A stretch of 64,000 bases of DNA from Victivallales bacterium (GCA_036011305.1 DASCNA010000145.1:17374-81373), one strand, 5' to 3'; counted from the stretch's first letter, positions 49,143 through 59,024 are shown. Notes: generated by a model from the letters alone, not told the origin. Made by a program: numbers and translations.

Positions 49143-51908
49143 ATGCTGAATTCAAATAAGAAAAAAAATAGTTCTTTTGGATTACCTTTATTAATAATTC
49201 TAAATATCATTATAGTTATTAATTTGAGTCAGCTTCTTCCTGTAGAAAGAATAGGTTTTAATCTAATGTTCTTTTACGCTATAGGTGTTGTTCTTTTCTT
49301 CATACCCGTCACTCTCACAGTAGCAGAGTTATCTGCCATTAATCCAGAACAAGGTGGAATTTATAATTGGGCTAAAATCGCCTTTTCAAGAAATATGGGG
49401 ATAATTGCTGCTATACTTCAGTGGTTGGGAGCTACTTTGTTTATTCTGCTTTTTCTTGTTTTTGCATTAATAAGTTTAGGTTTTGCCATTATGCCTACAA
49501 CTGAGGGCGCATTAAATTTTGCATCGAATCAATATTATACAATACCTTTTATTTTAGTAGTTTACTGGTTTATGACTTTTTTAAACACAAAAGGTATTAG
49601 AATGGTGAAAATTATAGGTATCTTTGGTCTTATAACTTCAATACTTATTCCTGTAATATTATTAATATTTCTAACTGTTTTATATATTTCATCAGGATTT
49701 GCTGCTGACTTAAGTTTTTCAGCTAAAAATTTTTTTCCTTCAATGACTAATCTGACTAATTTAGATATTGCAATTTCTACTTTTGGATTCTTTTTTGGGC
49801 TTGATCTTGCTTCAAATTTTGGGAAAGATGTAATTAATTCTCAAAAAAATTATTTTTATGGTACTTTATTGTCTGCCTGTTTTATAGTTGTCTTATTTTT
49901 GATACTTTGTACGTTTTATATTGTTGTGGCAAACGATGGTAAAGCTAACTTCATTTTTATAGAAGTTAACAGAGTATTGAATTCATTAATTGGCTCTCAC
50001 AAATATTCTAACTTACTGGGTAAATTATTTGCTTTTTCCATATTTATCGGTGCTGTAAGCTATGCGTTTATTTATATTTCAGTTTGCTGCAAAGGTATGC
50101 TATTTGCGGTAGAAGATGCCAATGACAAGCTTTGGCTTAATAAAAAAAATAAATATAATGTGCCAGTGAGAGCATTAATTATACAGGCAGCTTTGGTGAG
50201 TTTTTTCTGCCTTTTTTTTGTCCTCCAACCTAATATTGAGTTGGTTTGTTCTATGCTGGGTAATTTTATAGTATTACTGATATTGATATCGTATATAATA
50301 ATGTTTTCTTCTTTGATAAAAATTAGATTTTCAAGTTCGAATCTATCCAGCAGTCCATATAAATTACCTTTGGGTAAATATGGTGTTTTATTTATTACAG
50401 TAATAGGAATAGCAAGTTCTTCATTTGCAATATTTATAGGACTATATTTATCTCTCAGATTGACTTGGGGACACCATTTTATACTTTCTATTTTCTTTTC
50501 AGTAGTATTGCTGTGTATTTTATTATTCGCGGGTATAAAATATAGTAAGAATATTAAAATGTTAGTATTTGAAAAATCAGATCATACTAATAATAAAGGC
50601 CGTAAAATAGCGTTTACCTTGGTAGGTTTAGGTATTGCTGCATACTTTGTTAAATATTTTTTGAATATTATATTAACACGCCATCTTACCCCTTCAGAAT
50701 ATGGTGACCTGGCTGTTTTTCTCAGAACAGTAATCATTCTGTCTCTTGTTTTACTTCTAGGAACTAATAATTCTACTAAAAAATATTTATCTAAGTACCT
50801 AGTAAAAAAAGATATAAAAAACATCAGAGAGTTTATTATATGGAATAGCCGTGTTGTACGCAAAGCATTATTAATTTATATATTATCACTTTTTGGTCTA
50901 TATGTGATCATGTCTATTTTACATTTATTCGATATAAAGAATTTTTTCTCTTACCATTATGTTTATTATTATTTGGCTGTGGCCCAATTAGCTGCGATTG
51001 CTGTCCTGTTTTCAAGTTATATTCTTAGTAATAAATGGCCTATTCTGTTTTTTTTCTTTAGGAAAATTGCAGTTTTTGTTGTAATGCTGATTCTTATTGG
51101 AGGAGGTTTACTTTTCTATAATGTTAAAATTAATTTATACAGTATAGGAATTTTTCTACTTATTTCATACCTAATCGTTATTTTTGCCGAATTAGTTTTT
51201 ATTAGTAAATTCTCAACAGAGCATAATGTAACAAATGTTATAAATGATTATAAAGTTGACATAGAAAATAAAACTGTAAAAAAACAGTGGTTGTCAGATT
51301 CTTTTAGAATGATCGGCAGTCAGTTAATATTTAATCTTATCTGGGCTATTGATCTGTTTATTCTTGAAGGAATTCATAATTCAGAACATGATGTAGGTTA
51401 CTATGCAGCAATGCTTGTTTTGACAAATATACTGCTTATTACACCCAGTGCTATAACTACACTTTTAATTCCGCGTATCACTCATTTTGTTTCAGAGAAA
51501 AAATTTAAAGAACTTCAGGACAATATAAATATTATAAATTTAATGAATTTTGCCATATTAACTGTAATGTTGATTATTTTATTAACTTTTTCCGAAGATT
51601 TACTTTTGTTGTTTGGTAAAGGTTATAATTCAGCAGAAATACCTTTTATTATTTTATGTTTTACTTACTATATTGCTTCTATTTTTGTTCCTGCAGGGAA
51701 AATACTTACGTTTGTGGAAACAGATTTACAGTTTAAAATTAATTTGATAGAGTTGATAATAGTAATAGTATTAGGAATAAGCCTGACATGGCTATGGGGG
51801 CTAACAGGTATTGCAGTTTCTGTGTTTATTTCTATTATATTTAAATCACTTCTGACTTACATAATTCTAAAAAAGAAAATACCTATTAAACCATTTTCAC
51901 TGTTATAA
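49143..51908 (+). CDS. APC permease / MOP flippase-like fusion, paralogue 2 (921 aa)
   Basis: Colinear with paralogue 1. The N-half is closest to copy 1 (AELSAINPEQGGIY). The C-half is closest to copy 3. Confidence 0.8.
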   Translation: MLNSNKKKNSSFGLPLLIILNIIIVINLSQLLPVERIGFNLMFFYAIGVVLFFIPVTLTVAELSAINPEQGGIYNWAKIAFSRNMGIIAAILQWLGATLFILLFLVFALISLGFAIMPTTEGALNFASNQYYTIPFILVVYWFMTFLNTKGIRMVKIIGIFGLITSILIPVILLIFLTVLYISSGFAADLSFSAKNFFPSMTNLTNLDIAISTFGFFFGLDLASNFGKDVINSQKNYFYGTLLSACFIVVLFLILCTFYIVVANDGKANFIFIEVNRVLNSLIGSHKYSNLLGKLFAFSIFIGAVSYAFIYISVCCKGMLFAVEDANDKLWLNKKNKYNVPVRALIIQAALVSFFCLFFVLQPNIELVCSMLGNFIVLLILISYIIMFSSLIKIRFSSSNLSSSPYKLPLGKYGVLFITVIGIASSSFAIFIGLYLSLRLTWGHHFILSIFFSVVLLCILLFAGIKYSKNIKMLVFEKSDHTNNKGRKIAFTLVGLGIAAYFVKYFLNIILTRHLTPSEYGDLAVFLRTVIILSLVLLLGTNNSTKKYLSKYLVKKDIKNIREFIIWNSRVVRKALLIYILSLFGLYVIMSILHLFDIKNFFSYHYVYYYLAVAQLAAIAVLFSSYILSNKWPILFFFFRKIAVFVVMLILIGGGLLFYNVKINLYSIGIFLLISYLIVIFAELVFISKFSTEHNVTNVINDYKVDIENKTVKKQWLSDSFRMIGSQLIFNLIWAIDLFILEGIHNSEHDVGYYAAMLVLTNILLITPSAITTLLIPRITHFVSEKKFKELQDNINIINLMNFAILTVMLIILLTFSEDLLLLFGKGYNSAEIPFIILCFTYYIASIFVPAGKILTFVETDLQFKINLIELIIVIVLGISLTWLWGLTGIAVSVFISIIFKSLLTYIILKKKIPIKPFSLL

Positions 51909-51954
51909 CAATTTCCAAGACTACTTTTATTCCTAATCTTATATAATGAATCAT

Positions 51955-51970
51955 TTCAGGATATAATTAA
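51955..51970 (+). promoter_or_regulatory. Conserved promoter-like motif TTTCAGGATATAATTA upstream of paralogue 3
   Basis: An exact repeat of 49084-49099. Confidence 0.45.
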
Positions 51971-52020
51971 TAATTATCGTATATTTAAACACCTATTTAA
52001 TCAGTTTATAATATAAATAT

Positions 52021-54777
52021 ATGCAAACCTCAAAGAAGAAAAACGGCGGCTATATCGGATTATTTTCTTTAGTCATGATCAACGTCTTATTGGTTGCCAA
52101 CCTGAGATTTGTACCTCATGTATCAGATGTTACTTTTTACACAGTTATTGTTTCAATACTTGCCGGTTTATTCTTTTTTTTCCCAATTTGTATGGTTGTA
52201 GCAGAACTTTATCCGATATGGCCAGAGCGCGGGGGCGTTTATCACTGGGTTACCAAGGCATTTAATGAAAAGATAGGATTTGTAGCTGTGTTTTTACAGT
52301 GGGGAGTGGTTCTTCTTTTAGGACTTCTAATACTTGGATTTGCCGCCGCATGTTTTGCTTTTGTTTTTACACCTACAATAGAAGACGGTATATCTTTAGC
52401 ATCTAATAAATATTATATAGTTTTGAGTGTTATAGTATTTAACTGGGTAATAATATTTATCAATAAAAAAGGTTTACATCTAACTAAAAAATTCAGTATA
52501 TTAAGTACAATATTCGGTGTTATAATACCACTTTTAACGCTAATTGTTTTAACATTTATCTATTTATACAAAGGAAATATTTCACATTTAAATTTATCTT
52601 CGACAAAAATATTTCCTGACATGTCTAATATTCATAATCTGAATCTTGCTTTCAGTATGTTTGTTTTTTTCTTGGGGATAGAAGTTGCAGCAGGTTATGG
52701 TAAAAATATATTGAAATCGAATAAATATCCACGTGTGATACTAATATCTTCAGTTGTAATTTTTATTATTTTAATTTTAACTATTCTCTCTATTTCGATA
52801 ATGCTGAATGAAAAAACAGGTTATTTCAGTGTAGACTTACACATAATATTTACGAAACTTTTTCCTGGTTATAATCTCTACTTTCTCATTAGAGTTTTCC
52901 TCTTAGTGCTCGGTATTGGAACATTGGGATGTATGAGTACATGGATAACTGCAATCAGCAAAGGGGTTGTCTATGTTTTTGAAGAAAACAGTTTACTTTT
53001 CTGGTTCAGTAAAAAAAATAAAAATGATGTTCCCTTTAGACTTTTAATCCTGCAGGCCGTTATTATAAGTCTGCTGTGTCTATCGTTTGCTCTGCAGTCC
53101 ACAATATATCTTACAGATGTTATGCTGTCTCAGTTCGTAATGCAAATGTATTTAATTATGTATATTATTGTTTTCATTTCTGCAATTAAACTCAGATACC
53201 GTTATCCTGATGTATCAAGGCCGTTTAAAATACCTTTCGGCAATGTGGGAATCTGGATTCTAGGTGTGATTGGCATAATAGGTTCATGTATTGCCATATT
53301 AACAGGCTTTTATCTTCCTCTTCAACTTACAGGCAAGAATTACCCTCTAATTGTTGCAGTGTTTTTTGTGATAATTATACTGATTGTGATAATGTTCCCT
53401 ACAATAATATACAGTAAAAACTTTAAGGTACTAATATTTGATAAATCAGATAACTCTAATAACAGAAAACATAAAATTGCATTAACTCTCGTAGTGCTCG
53501 GGATTGCTGCTTATTTGGTAAAATATTTTTTAAATATTATACTGACAAGGCATTTAGGAGCACATGAGTATGGAGACCTTGCTGTATTTCTTAAGTTAGT
53601 GGTAATTTTATCATTATTAATACTTGTCGGAACAAATAACTCCGCAAAAAAATATTTATCAAAATACTTTATCGGAAGAGATATAAATAATAGTATAGAT
53701 TTCATAGTATGGAATTTGCGCATAGTATATAAGGCATTCATTATTTATATATTATTTCTTTTTGTCCTATATATATTGATGGGTGTTCTTCATGTGTTTG
53801 ATATCAAAGATTTTTTCTCTCATCATTATGTTTTTTATTATATTTCCGTTGTCCCTCTTGCTTCAATAGCTGTTCTTTTTTCCTGTTATATCCTCAGTAA
53901 TAAATGGCCTATTCTGTTTTTCTTTTTTAGAAAAATTTCCGTATTTGTAGTAATGCTGATTTTAATTGGTGGAGGGATACTTTTTTACAATGTAAAAATT
54001 AATTTAAACAGTATCGGGATTTTTTTACTTGTCTCATATATTATCGTCATCGTTGCTGAATTAGTATTTATAAGCAGAATAAGCATAGAACATAATATTT
54101 TTTCCGAAAGAATTAATTTTAAGAGTAAGGTTAATAAATCAAAAGAGAGAAAACAATGGCTAGCAGATTCTTTCAGGATGATAGGCAGCCAGTTAATATT
54201 TAACCTCATATGGGCAATTGATCTGTTTATTCTTGAAGGAATTCATCATTCAGAACATGATGTGGGTTACTATGCAGCAATGCTTGTTCTGATAAATATA
54301 CTTCTCATTACACCAAGCGCTATAACCACACTGTTAATACCGCGCATTAACCATTTTGTATCTGAAAAGAAATTTGGAGAACTTCAGAATAACATTAATC
54401 TTATTAATTTAATGAATATTGCCATTTTGACAGTATTGCTGATACTTCTACTGGTATTTTCAGAAACGTTGCTTCTTTTCTTTGGAGAAGGATATAATTC
54501 AGCAGAAATACCTTTTATTATATTATGTTTTACTTACTATATAGCTTCAGTTTTTGTACCTGCTGGAAAGGTGCTTACTTTTGTGGAAACCGGGATACAG
54601 TTCAAAGTAAGTGTAATGGAATTAATAATTGTTGTTGTTCTGGGAGTGATTTTTACATGGTTCTGGGGATTGACAGGCATAGCAGTATCAGTACTTATAT
54701 CTATTTTGTTTAAATCCTTAATGACATATATCATTTTAAAAAGAAAACTGCCGATTAATCCACTGTCATTATTTTAG
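52021..54777 (+). CDS. APC permease / MOP flippase-like fusion, paralogue 3 (918 aa)
   Basis: The N-half is closest to copy 4 (FFFPICMVVAELYPIWPE). The C-half is nearly identical to copy 2 over long runs. Confidence 0.8.
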   Translation: MQTSKKKNGGYIGLFSLVMINVLLVANLRFVPHVSDVTFYTVIVSILAGLFFFFPICMVVAELYPIWPERGGVYHWVTKAFNEKIGFVAVFLQWGVVLLLGLLILGFAAACFAFVFTPTIEDGISLASNKYYIVLSVIVFNWVIIFINKKGLHLTKKFSILSTIFGVIIPLLTLIVLTFIYLYKGNISHLNLSSTKIFPDMSNIHNLNLAFSMFVFFLGIEVAAGYGKNILKSNKYPRVILISSVVIFIILILTILSISIMLNEKTGYFSVDLHIIFTKLFPGYNLYFLIRVFLLVLGIGTLGCMSTWITAISKGVVYVFEENSLLFWFSKKNKNDVPFRLLILQAVIISLLCLSFALQSTIYLTDVMLSQFVMQMYLIMYIIVFISAIKLRYRYPDVSRPFKIPFGNVGIWILGVIGIIGSCIAILTGFYLPLQLTGKNYPLIVAVFFVIIILIVIMFPTIIYSKNFKVLIFDKSDNSNNRKHKIALTLVVLGIAAYLVKYFLNIILTRHLGAHEYGDLAVFLKLVVILSLLILVGTNNSAKKYLSKYFIGRDINNSIDFIVWNLRIVYKAFIIYILFLFVLYILMGVLHVFDIKDFFSHHYVFYYISVVPLASIAVLFSCYILSNKWPILFFFFRKISVFVVMLILIGGGILFYNVKINLNSIGIFLLVSYIIVIVAELVFISRISIEHNIFSERINFKSKVNKSKERKQWLADSFRMIGSQLIFNLIWAIDLFILEGIHHSEHDVGYYAAMLVLINILLITPSAITTLLIPRINHFVSEKKFGELQNNINLINLMNIAILTVLLILLLVFSETLLLFFGEGYNSAEIPFIILCFTYYIASVFVPAGKVLTFVETGIQFKVSVMELIIVVVLGVIFTWFWGLTGIAVSVLISILFKSLMTYIILKRKLPINPLSLF

Positions 54778-54812
54778 AAATTAAAGATTCTGTTGCTCAG
54801 TAAAGGATTAAA

Positions 54813-57563
54813 ATGGAAAAAGTAGATAAAAAAAACAGTATCGGATTTTTTACAATAGTATTAATAAATTTAGCGCTTCTTATTAACATCAGGTTTATTA
54901 CGCATCTGTCCTGTGCTGATAATGATACCATTGCGTTTACTATTATAATAGCACTTTTATTCTTTTTCCCAATATGCATGGTAGTTGCAGAACTTCATCC
55001 CATTTGGCCGGAAGATAGCGGAATATATACCTGGGTTAGTAAAGCTTTTGGTAAAAGGATAGGTTTTATTACAGTTTTCCTCCAATGGTTTTTAATATTA
55101 ATGCTTAGTCTTATTTTATTCCGCTCTGCTGCAGATAGAATAGCTTTTTCATTTACCAGAACAAATAAGCAAGCTATATCTTTATCCTCTAATGATTATT
55201 ATGTGGTACTTCTAATTATCATTTTCACTTGGGTAGCTATACTTATAAATCGAAAAGGGATTTCTATAATTAAGAAATTAGCTGTAGTTACCGTACTGTT
55301 TCGTGTTATTATACCATTGATTGTAATGATTGTCCTGGCAATTCTGTACCTATCAATAGGTTATTCTTCAAATGCAGCACCACCTGTGACAAAGGATTTT
55401 ACTGATATCACAAGTATACGCAACCTGTTTTTTGCTTTTAGTATATTTGCTTTATTTATTGGAATAGATGCACCTGCTAATTATGGGAAAGTAATTTTAA
55501 AACCAGGCAGATATCCTCGAGCAATCCTTGTTACAGGTGTTTTAATATTTATTATTCTGTTTGTCTTTATTTTTACAACGTCTATAATACTAAGCCATAA
55601 ATCAGATTACTTTGTGTTTAATTTGCATATAACCCTTTCTGAAACTTTTCCTTCATATAATTTTGATTTTCTGATTAGAGTTTTCGATTTGATTTTGGCG
55701 ATAGGTACAATCGGATGTACCTGCATTTGGCTAATGACTGTTAGTAAAGGTTTTGTAAGAGTAATTGAAGACAGCAGGTTATTTTCTATATTTAGAAAAG
55801 AAAATAAAAATAATGCCCCTGTGAGATTTTTTGTATTACAGGCTGTTATTACCAGTTTTTTATGTCTGTTATTTACTTTGCAGCCAACTATAAATTTAGC
55901 AGAAGTAATGATTTCACAGTTCTTTTTGCAGTTATACCTTATTTTGTACATAATTATCTTTATTACATCAATAAAACTAAGATATATATACCCTGATATT
56001 AGAAGGCCTTATAAAATACCTTTTGGAAACGCTGGAATTTGGGGAGTAGCTATTATTGGAATAATCGGTTCCGGTATTGCAATATTTATAAGCTGTTATT
56101 ACCCTCTTAAATTTACAAGAGATGGTCATCCTGTTATAATTTCTATTTTTTTTAGTATAGTTTTACTTTTAGTTCTCCTAATGCCTTCTTTGGTTTTTAT
56201 AAAAAAGCTTAAAATACTTGTATTTGAAAAGTCGGATCACTCTAATAACAGTCGAAGTAAAGTTGCATTGACACTTATAATTTTGGGAATTTCTGCTTAT
56301 TTTGTTAATTACGTATTGAATGTATTAATAGCAAGACATATTAATGCTTCGCAATATGGTAATTTAGCAGTTTTTTTAAGGACAGTTGTTATAGTATCTC
56401 TTTTACTTTTATTAGGAACTAATAATTCAGTAAATAAGTATCTGCCTAAATTTTTTATAAATAATGATAGAGATAATATTAAGAAATTTGTCCACTGGAA
56501 TTGGTTTGTTATTCGAAAAACATTTACTATTTATATTTTTGCTCTTTTTATTTTATATCTTATTATGGGGATATTGAATTTTTTAGGAATAAAAAGTTTT
56601 TTTTCATACCCTTATGTATTTTACTATCTGGCTGTTGCGCCGTTTGCTTCTCTTACGGTTCTTTTTTCCAGCTATATTCTCAGTAATAAGTGGCCCATGC
56701 TGTTTTTTTTCTTTAGAAAGATAGCTGTAGCATTTATCATGCTTGCTCTAATGGGAGGTGGTGTACTCTTTTATAATGTGAGGATTAATTTATATAGTAT
56801 TGGAGTATTTATTTTTACATCATACTTTTTAGTTATTCTTTTAGAATTGATATTCATCAATAAAATCTATAGGGAACATAAATTTCAATTTATAGTAAAC
56901 AGTATGAAAGAAATTGTTCATGGTGCAAAAGATAAGTCTAAATGGTTATCCGACTCATTTAAAATGATTGGGAGCCAGTTGATCTTGAATCTAATATGGG
57001 CTATTGATTTTTTTATATTGGAAACAATGCATTCATATGATAATGATGTTGGATATTATGCCGCAATTCTGGTAATTACAAATGTTCTTCTTATAACACC
57101 CAGTGCAATTACAACATTTCTTATACCAAAAATTACTCATTATGTAGAAGAGAAGAAATATAAAGAGCTTCAGGTTAATATAAATCTTATTAATTTGCTG
57201 AACATTTCAATTTTAGCAGTTTTGCTCATTCTTTTACTGATATTTTCTAAGTTTTTATTGCTGATTTTTGGAAAAGGATACGATTCAGCAGAAATACCTT
57301 TTATTATTTTGTGTTTTACATATTTTTTAGCTGCAGTATTTATTCCTACAGGTAAAATTTTATCTTTTCTTGATACTGGTATTCAGTTTAAAATCAATAT
57401 TATAGAGCTTATAATTGTTATTATTTTAGGAGTTATTTTTACTCTCATGTGGGGATTAACAGGTATCGCATTATCAGTGTTTATTTCAATTTCAACAAAA
57501 TCTATTTTAGCTTACATTAATGTTAAAAGAAAACTTAAAATTAATCCACTGTCATTATTTTAA
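54813..57563 (+). CDS. APC permease / MOP flippase-like fusion, paralogue 4 (916 aa)
   Basis: Only 35 bp after copy 3, with SD AAAGGA and no upstream promoter motif. Probably co-transcribed with copy 3. Confidence 0.8.
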   Translation: MEKVDKKNSIGFFTIVLINLALLINIRFITHLSCADNDTIAFTIIIALLFFFPICMVVAELHPIWPEDSGIYTWVSKAFGKRIGFITVFLQWFLILMLSLILFRSAADRIAFSFTRTNKQAISLSSNDYYVVLLIIIFTWVAILINRKGISIIKKLAVVTVLFRVIIPLIVMIVLAILYLSIGYSSNAAPPVTKDFTDITSIRNLFFAFSIFALFIGIDAPANYGKVILKPGRYPRAILVTGVLIFIILFVFIFTTSIILSHKSDYFVFNLHITLSETFPSYNFDFLIRVFDLILAIGTIGCTCIWLMTVSKGFVRVIEDSRLFSIFRKENKNNAPVRFFVLQAVITSFLCLLFTLQPTINLAEVMISQFFLQLYLILYIIIFITSIKLRYIYPDIRRPYKIPFGNAGIWGVAIIGIIGSGIAIFISCYYPLKFTRDGHPVIISIFFSIVLLLVLLMPSLVFIKKLKILVFEKSDHSNNSRSKVALTLIILGISAYFVNYVLNVLIARHINASQYGNLAVFLRTVVIVSLLLLLGTNNSVNKYLPKFFINNDRDNIKKFVHWNWFVIRKTFTIYIFALFILYLIMGILNFLGIKSFFSYPYVFYYLAVAPFASLTVLFSSYILSNKWPMLFFFFRKIAVAFIMLALMGGGVLFYNVRINLYSIGVFIFTSYFLVILLELIFINKIYREHKFQFIVNSMKEIVHGAKDKSKWLSDSFKMIGSQLILNLIWAIDFFILETMHSYDNDVGYYAAILVITNVLLITPSAITTFLIPKITHYVEEKKYKELQVNINLINLLNISILAVLLILLLIFSKFLLLIFGKGYDSAEIPFIILCFTYFLAAVFIPTGKILSFLDTGIQFKINIIELIIVIILGVIFTLMWGLTGIALSVFISISTKSILAYINVKRKLKINPLSLF

Positions 57564-57571
57564 GAATAACG

Positions 57572-57596
57572 GAAGGTGCTATTTTTCAGCACCTTC
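57572..57596. terminator. Bidirectional rho-independent-type hairpin closing the paralogue array
   Basis: gaaggtgct-atttttc-agcaccttc is a 9-bp stem. It lies between convergent genes ending at 57563 (+) and 57611 (-). Confidence 0.75.
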
Positions 57597-57610
57597 AATG
57601 TACTTGTTTT

Positions 57611-59011
57611 TTATATTTCTATTATTTTTCCAGGATTTAGTATCAATTTTGGGTCAAAAACCTCTTTTATACCTTTTGAGATTTTCATTCCTGTTGCTTT
57701 GATTGATTTTTTCAAATATGGTACTTTGGCATAACCTATTCCATGTTCTCCGGATACATTACCGCCAATTTCCTCTGTTCTGGTATAGAGACGCTCGAAA
57801 ACATTGTCCAAAGTTTTTTCCCAGGTTTTATTATCAAGATCATCTTTTAATACATAGATGTGAAGATTTCCGTCACCTGCATGACCAAAACTTCTTATCT
57901 GTATATTATATTCTTTCTGAAGAGCATGTGAGAATTTAATAAATTCTGCTATCTTATCTCTAGGCACAACTACATCACATTCATCAAGTTCTGTCGTTGA
58001 AGCTTTAATAGCTTCTAAAAATGTACCTCTCGCAGACCATATAGATTCATTCCTTTCAGGAGTATTTGAGATAAATACATCTATTGCTCCTGCATCTAAA
58101 CATTTGTGGGCAATTTTTTCATATGATTCCTCTAATTCGCTTTTTGTATTTCCGTCAAATGTTAATATTAAATATGCATCTGCTGTATTATGCGGGAATT
58201 TTTTACCTATATATTTTTCAGTATTCAGTATTGCTTCACGTTCCGTAAACTCCAGAGCTGTAGGTATTATTTTTGATTTTAAGATAGTAGGCACAGCTTC
58301 GATAGCTTTTTCAAGACTGGGGAAGGGGACTAATAATGAAATATTGAATTTTGGTACTGGTAATAGTTTAAGTATCGCTTTAGTAACAATGACTAATGTT
58401 CCTTCCGATCCAATTATAATATCTTTAAGGCTGTAACCTGAACTGGTTTTGACAATTTTTCCGCCAATTTTATCCATTTCTCCATTTGGATAGACTATTT
58501 CCAACCCCAAAACATTTTCTCTGGTAACACCATATTTCATGGCACGCATACCGCCAGCATTAGTATTAATATTACCGCCTATGGTTGCACTTTTTTCACC
58601 TGGATCTGGAGCATAGAAATAACCGGTTCCATCAAGATAGGATATTATATCCATCAGAAGGACTCCTGATTCTACTGTAAGAGTCATATTGCTTTCATCC
58701 ATTTCCAGGATATTGTTCATTTTGCATAAACTGAGCATAATGCCGCCGTAAACAGCCACTGCAGATCCCACTAAACCCGTACCCTGTCCTCTGGGAGTTA
58801 CAGGTATATTATTATCATAGGCATATCTCATGACCTTAGAGATTTCTTCTGAGTTGTTCACTTCAACCAATACATCGGGATAAACTTTTTTTGCTGCAAG
58901 TTCATCATGACTGAAATCTTCATTTATTTCATTGCCGGTATATACTTTATCTTTACCTAATATTGAAATAAGAGCATCAATATTTTTCTGAGTTATTTTA
59001 TTGTATTCCAT
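57611..59011 (-). CDS. FAD-linked oxidase, GlcD / LctD-type (D-)lactate dehydrogenase
   Basis: PCMH-type FAD domain (PVTPRGQGTGLVGSAV) and a C-terminal GlcD-like domain (GEHGIGYAK). Confidence 0.85.
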   Translation of the reverse strand: MEYNKITQKNIDALISILGKDKVYTGNEINEDFSHDELAAKKVYPDVLVEVNNSEEISKVMRYAYDNNIPVTPRGQGTGLVGSAVAVYGGIMLSLCKMNNILEMDESNMTLTVESGVLLMDIISYLDGTGYFYAPDPGEKSATIGGNINTNAGGMRAMKYGVTRENVLGLEIVYPNGEMDKIGGKIVKTSSGYSLKDIIIGSEGTLVIVTKAILKLLPVPKFNISLLVPFPSLEKAIEAVPTILKSKIIPTALEFTEREAILNTEKYIGKKFPHNTADAYLILTFDGNTKSELEESYEKIAHKCLDAGAIDVFISNTPERNESIWSARGTFLEAIKASTTELDECDVVVPRDKIAEFIKFSHALQKEYNIQIRSFGHAGDGNLHIYVLKDDLDNKTWEKTLDNVFERLYTRTEEIGGNVSGEHGIGYAKVPYLKKSIKATGMKISKGIKEVFDPKLILNPGKIIEI

Positions 59012-59024
59012 GATTTATAACCTC

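Noticed and set aside
46293-54835. A8 tracts within the first ~10 codons of paralogues 1, 2 and 4 (46293-46300, 49161-49168, 54828-54835), considered as slipped-strand phase-variation switches.
   Set aside because: They encode the conserved KKK(N) tail. A8 and T8 runs are frequent throughout this AT-rich window, copy 3 has only A5, and there is no evidence of length variation from a single sequence.
46275-57563. The paralogue array as an assembly artefact, collapsed or expanded repeat, or IS-like element.
   Set aside because: The copies are clearly diverged. The N-halves share only scattered motifs between the two pairs. Each copy is intact with its own spacer, and no transposase or terminal inverted repeats are present.
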